IMG/VR virus record: IMGVR_UViG_3300034025_000033
Span: 1 to 61,919 of that record
DNA: 61,919 nucleotides
Direction: 5' to 3' (one strand)
Source: a virus
Positions 56,152 through 61,919 of the stretch are shown here, one piece after another; position 1 is the first letter of the stretch; every line of letters begins with the position of its first letter. The notes beneath the pieces are model-generated. The model ran no database searches. It was given only the letters and a program-made list of their open reading frames with translations, and was not told the DNA's origin. A program made the position numbers and the translations under genes.

Positions 56152-56399
56152 TACAGCAGTTCCTTCAATTCGGTGAGGCGTTCGGCCAGGCTTTCGCGGC
56201 CCAGTGCGATCAGTTTCGACGCTTCGGCCAGGTCGCCGTCGCAGATGGCGCGGTCGACCGCTTCCAGGGTGTCGTCGGCGTCGGCCACGGCGTCATGGAA
56301 GGCGACTAGGCGCGCATTGCCGCTTGGGGTGTCCGCCCAACTGTCGAACGACAGCTTTTCCATCTTTTGCAGCAGGCGATACAGCCAGGCGCGGATCAC
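56151..56399 (-). CDS. Hypothetical protein (82 aa, GTG start)
   Basis: GTGA overlap with the upstream stop at 56396..56399. TAATG-type junction with the portal gene. Confidence 0.5.
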   Translation of the reverse strand: MIRAWLYRLLQKMEKLSFDSWADTPSGNARLVAFHDAVADADDTLEAVDRAICDGDLAEASKLIALGRESLAERLTELKELL

Positions 56400-56860
56400 A
56401 GTTGCACCTCGGCGATCACCTTGCCGTCGATCTTGATGCACAGTTCGTCGTTGCCGGTGCTCGGGCGGTTCGCCACCTCGATCGCCTTCGGCTCGGGCGG
56501 CATTTTCAAGAGGATGTCCATGCCTTCGACGATCACGTCGATGATGCGGTAGATGCTGGCCTTGTCGTGCTCGACGCCGATCGCCTGCGCCGCTTCCATG
56601 CACAGCTTCGACAGCAGCGCCTTGGTCGGGCCGCCGTTGCTCATCGCGTACTGGTGCGCATCCTTCATTTCGATCATGTACGCCGGCGTGTTCCGCCCCA
56701 GCACCCGCTTGTAGATCAGCATGATCGGCTCGCCATTGCGCCACTTGTACTCGTGCGTGATGTCGCCTTTGGTCAGCTGCTCGTACACATCGCCGCCCAG
56801 CATGACCATTTCCTGGCCGCTGGCGTGCAACAGGTTCGTTCGTAGGATGTCGGTGCTCAT
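56396..56860 (-). CDS. Hypothetical protein (154 aa)
   Basis: Clean ORF coupled to both neighbours. Confidence 0.7.
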   Translation of the reverse strand: MSTDILRTNLLHASGQEMVMLGGDVYEQLTKGDITHEYKWRNGEPIMLIYKRVLGRNTPAYMIEMKDAHQYAMSNGGPTKALLSKLCMEAAQAIGVEHDKASIYRIIDVIVEGMDILLKMPPEPKAIEVANRPSTGNDELCIKIDGKVIAEVQL

Positions 56861-57117
56861 CAGTGGGTAACGCCGGTGGTGTTTTCGGGAATGGTCGAGT
56901 CGGCCAGCACTTCATCGCTATGCGCGTCGATCAGCATTGCGATGCGCCCGTCAACCTGGAGCGTCTTGCGTGCAGCTTCAACACGCTTTTGCGCATCTGC
57001 GTCGCTGGTTGCCCACAATTCGATGCCGAAGCGCTTGCCGTCCGCATCGGTATAGCTGCATGTGTACTTGAACCAGGCTTCGCCGCTATGGTCGGTGAAT
57101 TCGATTTTTTCGCTCAT
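56860..57117 (-). CDS. Hypothetical protein (85 aa)
   Basis: Clean ORF after terL. Confidence 0.65.
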   Translation of the reverse strand: MSEKIEFTDHSGEAWFKYTCSYTDADGKRFGIELWATSDADAQKRVEAARKTLQVDGRIAMLIDAHSDEVLADSTIPENTTGVTH

Positions 57118-57198
57118 GCTGCTCTCCGTTTTATATTTCCTGCGGGAATGGCGAAGATTATAGGCGAATAATCTTGCCTGTAAGCTCTATTTGTGATG

Positions 57199-58626
57199 TC
57201 AAACAACGCGCCAGTTGCTTGTCGGGCGCTTCTTGCTGCTGGTGCTGGTGCGGTTGCGTTCGATCTGTCCCCACTGGCGGAAGGCGTCGGCATAGTTCGA
57301 ATAGCGGTCGTGCAGCGGCGTTTCGGTGTAAACGTCCTGCTTTTCGTTGTATTTCTTCTTGTAGTTGTCGAGCGCGGCCAGGCCGTCGGCGCAGCCGTCC
57401 TCGTCAAAGTAGACCGGGCCGGTCATCTTGAGGCGGGTCTGCTGGATGCCCGACAGCACGCTTTCGACGCGCGGCACGATTTCGAACTTGTGCCCGGGTA
57501 GCAACTCCATCAGGATCATTTCGACGCTTTTCCCGGTCTGCAGGCTCTTGTTGGCCGCGTCGTGCGGCAGGTAGTGGGTGCCGAACGTCCAGCCGCGCGA
57601 CAGCAGGAACTGCGCATAGTGCTCCAGGCTCTCGCCCGAATTCTCGTATGTCAGCAGGAACCGCTCTTCGCCGGCGGCGTGCTGCTTGAACCAGATGGCG
57701 GTGGTGTCGTTGAAGCCGAGATCCCAATAGGTATCGACCGGGATGCCGGCTTGGTGGGGAACGCGGCGGATGTGGCCGGCGTTGCGCAGCTTCTGCATCT
57801 CGTTGAGGTAGTAGGCACCCTTTACGCGCGAACCCTTCCACAGGCCGCGCAGCAGCGCCTCTCGCTCTTCCGGACCCATCTGCAGCAGCGCTTCGCGGTA
57901 GCCGGTGCCGGTCAGGTGCTTGTTGTCGGACAGTTTTGCGGGGATGAAGCGGCGTCGGACCGTCATGACCGTGCCCATTTCCTCGTCGACGATCTCCACC
58001 GGCAGGTTCGTCTCCAGCCCGCTTGGCTGGATGCCCCAGCGCCCCATCACCCATTTCTGGCCAGGGCCGTCGGGGTTCGTGGTGGCGCGGATGTAGCGCG
58101 GCAGCGAACGGTCGGTCGAGCGGCAGCGCGAGAACAAGTACAGGTAGCACACGTCGGTCGGCCACAGCGTCAGTTCGTCGAACCCGATGTAGTTCCAGGC
58201 ACGGCCGCGGTATTTCAGCCGATCGTTGTCGTGCTGCAGGTAGCCGAATTCGACCTTGGCGCCGCTCGGGAAGGTCCAGACCTTCTCTGTCTGGTTGTAG
58301 ACCGCGCCTTCGACGATCAACGGGTACAGCTCCAGCGCGCGGTCGATCAGGTCGCGCAATTCAGGGAAGGAGCGGCGGAACAGTACGGCACGGTGGTGCG
58401 CGTTGTCCGGACCGCCATGCTGCAGGCACAGGGCGTCGATCAGAAGCGCATCGGACTTGCCGCCGCCGGCCGCGCCGCCGTACAACACTTCGAAGTCGTC
58501 GCACGCCAGGAAGGCGGATTGCCGCTCGGTCGGCTCCCACACGACATCTTCGGCCGCCTGCGCGATCTCGGTCTTCGGCAGCGGGATGTCCGCCAGCGGC
58601 GTCTGCAGCGTCCAGCCCTTAGCCAT
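57199..58626 (-). CDS. terL: Terminase large subunit (475 aa)
   Basis: Walker A YGGAAGGGKSDA, Walker B NYIGFDELT, and a C-terminal nuclease-type region. It overlaps terS by 8 nt. Confidence 0.9.
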   Translation of the reverse strand: MAKGWTLQTPLADIPLPKTEIAQAAEDVVWEPTERQSAFLACDDFEVLYGGAAGGGKSDALLIDALCLQHGGPDNAHHRAVLFRRSFPELRDLIDRALELYPLIVEGAVYNQTEKVWTFPSGAKVEFGYLQHDNDRLKYRGRAWNYIGFDELTLWPTDVCYLYLFSRCRSTDRSLPRYIRATTNPDGPGQKWVMGRWGIQPSGLETNLPVEIVDEEMGTVMTVRRRFIPAKLSDNKHLTGTGYREALLQMGPEEREALLRGLWKGSRVKGAYYLNEMQKLRNAGHIRRVPHQAGIPVDTYWDLGFNDTTAIWFKQHAAGEERFLLTYENSGESLEHYAQFLLSRGWTFGTHYLPHDAANKSLQTGKSVEMILMELLPGHKFEIVPRVESVLSGIQQTRLKMTGPVYFDEDGCADGLAALDNYKKKYNEKQDVYTETPLHDRYSNYADAFRQWGQIERNRTSTSSKKRPTSNWRVV

Positions 58627-59197
58627 CGTCGCGTTCCAGCGGTCGCACGCTCGTCTCGGCTTTGATCTTCATCGGCACCATTACGATCTTGGTCTTCACC
58701 TCGATCGGTGCTTCGGAGTCGCCCTGCAGTTTCAGCTTATCTTCGTTCCAGCCCATCATGCGGTTGATGCTGTCGAGCGCCGCACGCTTGTCCGACCATT
58801 TGATCTTGCGCGTCACGCCGATGGACGTTTCGTTGTTCCCCACGCGGATCTCGTCGACTTCCATGCCGGTCAGCGCCGCTGCGGTGTCCTGGTCCAGTTC
58901 CGTCACCTGTTTCAGCGTGCCATCGGCGTTGTAGAACGCACGCGGATCGACAAATGCCAGGCGTGCGAACTCCATCAGGACGCGCTCGCGGGTGATTTCC
59001 AGCTTGTTGGCGGTCTTTTGCCGGGCTTTTTCGATGGCAGCCGCGATGTTAGGTTTCGATAAGTTCTCGCATGCGATGACGTTGGCTGTCTTTGCGCTGT
59101 AGCCGGCGCGGATTGCGGCCTGCGTAGCGTTCAGGTCGATCAGGTATTCGTCAACGAACCGCTGCTGCTTTGGTGTCAACTTTGCATCATCGCTCAT
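58619..59197 (-). CDS. terS: Terminase small subunit (Terminase_2-like, 192 aa)
   Basis: LTPKQQRFVDEYLIDLNATQAAIRAGYSAKTANVIACENLSKPNIAAAIE is the classic small-terminase opening. Confidence 0.9.
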   Translation of the reverse strand: MSDDAKLTPKQQRFVDEYLIDLNATQAAIRAGYSAKTANVIACENLSKPNIAAAIEKARQKTANKLEITRERVLMEFARLAFVDPRAFYNADGTLKQVTELDQDTAAALTGMEVDEIRVGNNETSIGVTRKIKWSDKRAALDSINRMMGWNEDKLKLQGDSEAPIEVKTKIVMVPMKIKAETSVRPLERDDG

Positions 59198-59201
59198 GCT
59201 C

Positions 59202-59456
59202 TTATTCCTCGCGCACCAGCACGCCCTTGGCTTTCGGGATGATGTAGGTGTTCATGTGGGCGCCGATCGACTTCGATGCGCGCAAGGTGTTGTACTGCTC
59301 GACGGTGATGTCCTTGAAGCGGTACAGGCTGCCAGCGGCGTAGCGCGCGAACAGGTGCTGGCCGTCGTGGCCGATCTCGGCAATGCTGGACGACTTGACG
59401 CGCTCCATTGCGGGAATGCCTTTCGGTGCGGCTGGCTTGTCGGTGGTGCTGGTCAT
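59202..59456 (-). CDS. KTSC-domain protein (84 aa)
   Basis: VKSSSIAEIGHDGQHLFARYAAGSLYRFKDITVEQYNTLRASKSIGAHMNTYI fits the KTSC pattern. Start at ATG 59456. Confidence 0.7.
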   Translation of the reverse strand: MTSTTDKPAAPKGIPAMERVKSSSIAEIGHDGQHLFARYAAGSLYRFKDITVEQYNTLRASKSIGAHMNTYIIPKAKGVLVREE

Positions 59457-59542
59457 GGAGTTTTCCGTGTTGTCGGGTTGGTAACGTATTACGTGGAATT
59501 CAAGACCGCCGCTCTCCAGGATGAAGTAGCAGCGGTCGGTCA

Positions 59543-60091
59543 TTATTCGATGGGCGCCGTGCAAGCGATGCGCAGGCGCTCGTAGCGGTCGACTACTTCG
59601 CCGTGCTTGCGGATTGCTTCGTCGCCGCGGTGGAGGAGGTCGACCAGGAAGATTCCAGCGTCCGCACTAAGTTCGGCGTATCCTTCGCCGCCAGTTCCTG
59701 CGGCAACGGATCCACTTCCATCCGCGGAAGGCGCTGCAGGGCGGCGGATTGGGACGCGCAGCCGGCGATTATCGCTGCGCAGGTCAGCAATAAGCTGGTC
59801 GTCATGTTCTTTTGCATGGGTCGATTCCTCCTTGAATCTGGCGAATTCGGTGCGGTCTTCCGTGCGCAGGTCGCGCTCGCGCTGCAGCACCTTGGCAGCG
59901 GCGTCGGCTTGGTCTTTCAGTTGCTCGATGGTGTTGGCCTGCTGCTTGAAGCGTTCGCGCTCGGCGCCCACGTCGACGCAATAGATGGCCGTCAGCGCAG
60001 TCCAGACGCAGATGACGATCCAGAACGTGGGGTTGAGCAGAATGCCGAGCGGCGAAGTGCGGGCGCTCGTGGCGATGGTTTTGACGATCAT
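59543..60091 (-). CDS. rz: i-spanin (Rz-like, 182 aa)
   Basis: N-terminal TM (FWIVICVWTALTAIY), a coiled coil, and a position after the endolysin (ATGA overlap). Confidence 0.8.
   Translation of the reverse strand: MIVKTIATSARTSPLGILLNPTFWIVICVWTALTAIYCVDVGAERERFKQQANTIEQLKDQADAAAKVLQRERDLRTEDRTEFARFKEESTHAKEHDDQLIADLRSDNRRLRVPIRRPAAPSADGSGSVAAGTGGEGYAELSADAGIFLVDLLHRGDEAIRKHGEVVDRYERLRIACTAPIE
59593..59817 (-). CDS. rz1: o-spanin (Rz1-like lipoprotein) embedded in rz in the +1 frame (74 aa)
   Basis: Lipobox LLLTCAAIIAG|C. The short mature part contains Pro residues. It lies fully inside the rz ORF. Confidence 0.75.
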   Translation of the reverse strand: MQKNMTTSLLLTCAAIIAGCASQSAALQRLPRMEVDPLPQELAAKDTPNLVRTLESSWSTSSTAATKQSASTAK

Positions 60092-60573
60092 GCGGCACCT
60101 GTCAGGCAGAGGGTTTGTTCATTGGCGCGGCGCGTGGTCAAGCCCGGCAGCGGGATCATCACGCCGGCCACGCGGCTCTTGTTCCATCTTGGCAATTGGT
60201 TGCAGGCCAGCTTCAGGTTGCCCGTTGCCAGGTAGCGCGCGGCCGTCGAGGCGTCGCGGTTGCAGGCGATCGTCGGTCCCATGTTGAAGACGGCGTCGGC
60301 AAAGGCGGCCAGCACCGGCTCGGGCAGGCCCGGGTTGCAGCGCTCGACGGTGTCGATGGCCTTGAGCATGTCGGCGTTGAGCAGCGCCTTGCATTCCTCG
60401 ATGCTGTAGGTCTTGCCCTTCTGAACGTGCGCGCCGGTCGATCCAAAACACACGGTTAAAATTCCTGCTGGACAGAAATATGCTTTCTGCCTCAGCCCTT
60501 CCGCTGGCGCTGCGATGGCAACAGCAATTGCGAGCGCAGCCGCTTTGCGGGTTGGTTTTTTTACTTGCTCCAT
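60088..60573 (-). CDS. SAR endolysin, GH24 (T4/P21-type lysozyme, 161 aa)
   Basis: The weakly hydrophobic N-terminus KAAALAIAVAIAAPA is followed by EGLRQKAYFCPAGILTVCFGST (E-x8-C-x5-T triad spacing). Start taken at ATG 60573. Confidence 0.85.
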   Translation of the reverse strand: MEQVKKPTRKAAALAIAVAIAAPAEGLRQKAYFCPAGILTVCFGSTGAHVQKGKTYSIEECKALLNADMLKAIDTVERCNPGLPEPVLAAFADAVFNMGPTIACNRDASTAARYLATGNLKLACNQLPRWNKSRVAGVMIPLPGLTTRRANEQTLCLTGAA

Positions 60574-60623
60574 TATCTTTGCCCATCCATAATAATGACT
60601 CCAATACCACCGCAAGGGCATTT

Positions 60624-61175
60624 ATGGAACAGTTTCGAGAAATGACGTTCAAAGGCGTGGACTTGCTTGTTGGCTCGATGGGAACCATTAAGCTTCCAGG
60701 GCGTCAATCCACATACACCCGCACTCGGGATGGCAAAGCTCAAACCTTTGAGTACACCAGAAAGGAATCCGCCATTTCTCCATCGAAGACGAAAGGCGGC
60801 TATTTGGAAATCGACATACGCAACAGCGGGAAGCGCACGCGACAAGCCGTTCACAGGCTGGTGGCGCTGGCTTGGTGCGATGGGTATGCAGATGAACTTT
60901 GCGTAAACCACATAAACGGCATAAAGCACGACAACCGTGCCGAGAATTTGGAATGGGTCAGCCTTGCCCGCAACACTCAGCATGCATGGGAGACTGGCTT
61001 GGTTGATTTGCGAGGCGAGAAACAGCCGAACGCCAAGCTGACAAGCAAGCGCGTGGTGTACATCCGCAAACTTCTTGCTCAAGGCGTCACTCCACATGCG
61101 CTTGCCATCGTGGCCGATGTTTCCGAATCGCTGATCTACCTGATCCGCGATGGCAAGCGCTGGGATTCGGTTTAG
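60624..61175 (+). CDS. HNH homing endonuclease (HNH_3 type, 183 aa) on the opposite strand inside the lysis cassette
   Basis: VHRLVALAWC...CVNHINGIKHDNRAENLEWVS (HNH) plus a C-terminal HTH. AAGGG sits 5 nt before the ATG. Lower GC than the flanks. Confidence 0.85.
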   Translation: MEQFREMTFKGVDLLVGSMGTIKLPGRQSTYTRTRDGKAQTFEYTRKESAISPSKTKGGYLEIDIRNSGKRTRQAVHRLVALAWCDGYADELCVNHINGIKHDNRAENLEWVSLARNTQHAWETGLVDLRGEKQPNAKLTSKRVVYIRKLLAQGVTPHALAIVADVSESLIYLIRDGKRWDSV

Positions 61176-61179
61176 GCAA

Positions 61180-61422
61180 TCAGCGCCCACGCTTTTTCTC
61201 CTGGCGGCTCTTGTAGACATCACGCAACACGGCAGCGAGAACCACGAGCGGGCCGACCCATTTGTAGATGTTCTCGGGAATGAAAGGAGAGACGATCGGC
61301 AGGTTGCTGGCGATGGCGCCGGTGATCTGGTCGGCAAAGGGAAACGCGAACAGCAGCAGGATCTTGAAGCGCTTGAACACTTCGCGACGCACGCGGCCGA
61401 CGGCGGTGATGACGGCTTTCAT
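61180..61422 (-). CDS. Holin (two TM segments, 80 aa)
   Basis: GGAGG RBS. TM1 ILLLFAFPFADQITGAIA, TM2 WVGPLVVLAAVL, and a basic tail KSRQEKKRGR. It lies upstream of the endolysin. Confidence 0.7.
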   Translation of the reverse strand: MKAVITAVGRVRREVFKRFKILLLFAFPFADQITGAIASNLPIVSPFIPENIYKWVGPLVVLAAVLRDVYKSRQEKKRGR

Positions 61423-61424
61423 CG

Positions 61425-61760
61425 TCACCTCCCCGGCCAGGACCAGCCGGTGAGCTTCATCAACAGGCCGACGCCGGCAGAAATGGCAACCGCCCACTTG
61501 GCCAGCAGGCCCAGCCAGCCCAATACCTTGAAGCCGCCCTTCATGGCCTTGAAGAGTTCGATCATTTCTGCCGTGTCTTCGCGCTGCGCCTGAATTTCCT
61601 TCGTCGCAGCGTCGAGCGCCTGCGAATTATGTTCTGTTGCCTGCTCCAGCTTGGCCATGCGCTCCGATCCCGCGTGAAACTGCCTGAACACCTGGGTGCG
61701 AAACTCGACGGCTGGGTCAAGTTGGGAGGGGAGATAGCTAAAATCTGGTTTGTCGAGCAT
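61425..61760 (-). CDS. Coiled-coil protein with C-terminal membrane anchor (111 aa), first late gene
   Basis: ATG at 61760 (MLDKPDFSYL). C-terminal VLGWLGLLAKWAVAISAGVGLLM. It could be a holin partner or antiholin. Function unknown. Confidence 0.6.
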   Translation of the reverse strand: MLDKPDFSYLPSQLDPAVEFRTQVFRQFHAGSERMAKLEQATEHNSQALDAATKEIQAQREDTAEMIELFKAMKGGFKVLGWLGLLAKWAVAISAGVGLLMKLTGWSWPGR

Positions 61761-61792
61761 GGCAGCGCCTAAAAAGAACCCGACCACCTTGT

Positions 61793-61919
61793 GGGCAGCC
61801 GGGCCGGAGTTGCGCCGGGTGGCGCATGGAGACAGACAAGCCCGACAAGAAAAAAGCCCGGCGAACCGGGCTTCTGTCTATATTTCCTACCGGAACAGTA
61901 GGGATGATGCTTGTAGGAA
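61793..61919. repeat. Terminal direct repeat, copy 2 (identical to 1..127)
   Basis: See copy 1. Confidence 0.95.

Noticed and set aside
60574-60621. Longer endolysin start at ATG 60621 (MPLRWYWSHYYGWAKI...)
   Set aside because: It has no RBS. The extension is aromatic-rich and unlike a signal-arrest-release N-terminus, and it would abut the divergent HNH start. The ATG at 60573 gives a canonical SAR-type N-terminus.

Overview
GC-rich, gene-dense 61,919-nt window that reads as one complete tailed-phage genome. The first and last 127 nt are identical, so the unique sequence is 61,792 bp and closes into a circle. The layout is lambdoid.

(i) A minus-strand early operon starts at a TTGACG-N17-TAGTAT promoter (15.9 kb). 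It carries a Cro-like HTH, a C5-methyltransferase-like gene, a LexA-DNA-binding-domain-only protein, a DUF2591 protein and a Ref-type HNH nuclease.

(ii) A ~570-bp ORF-free region rich in repeats and hairpins (12.2-12.8 kb) is followed by a Rha/KilAC antirepressor and lambda-P-like replication genes.

(iii) A nin-like operon sits behind a TATAAT-plus-palindrome promoter (10.3 kb). It carries an N6/N4 methyltransferase, RusA, Ead/Ea22-like zinc-finger paralogues and many small translationally coupled ORFs.

(iv) A plus-strand recombination operon spans 16.0-21.4 kb (HNH, RecT, YqaJ exonuclease, NinB).

(v) A ~40-kb minus-strand late operon runs from 61.76 to 21.44 kb. It encodes holin, SAR endolysin, Rz/Rz1, KTSC, TerS/TerL, portal, scaffold, N4-gp56-type capsid, tail and fibre genes, internal virion proteins and a 1448-aa PLxRFG protein.

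I recognised no integrase, CI-type repressor, tRNA or CRISPR array.

The observations most worth a second look:
- a bistable terminator/anti-terminator RNA fold and a repeat cluster upstream of the antirepressor
- an uncleavable LexA-DBD gene next to a RecA-dependent-type nuclease
- a methyltransferase gene bracketed by 27-bp direct repeats
- segmental duplications that shuffle N- and C-terminal modules among virion proteins
- a CsrA-like ORF between the scaffold and capsid genes
- an HNH gene splitting the lysis cassette

All functional calls come from motif recognition by eye. No searches were run.
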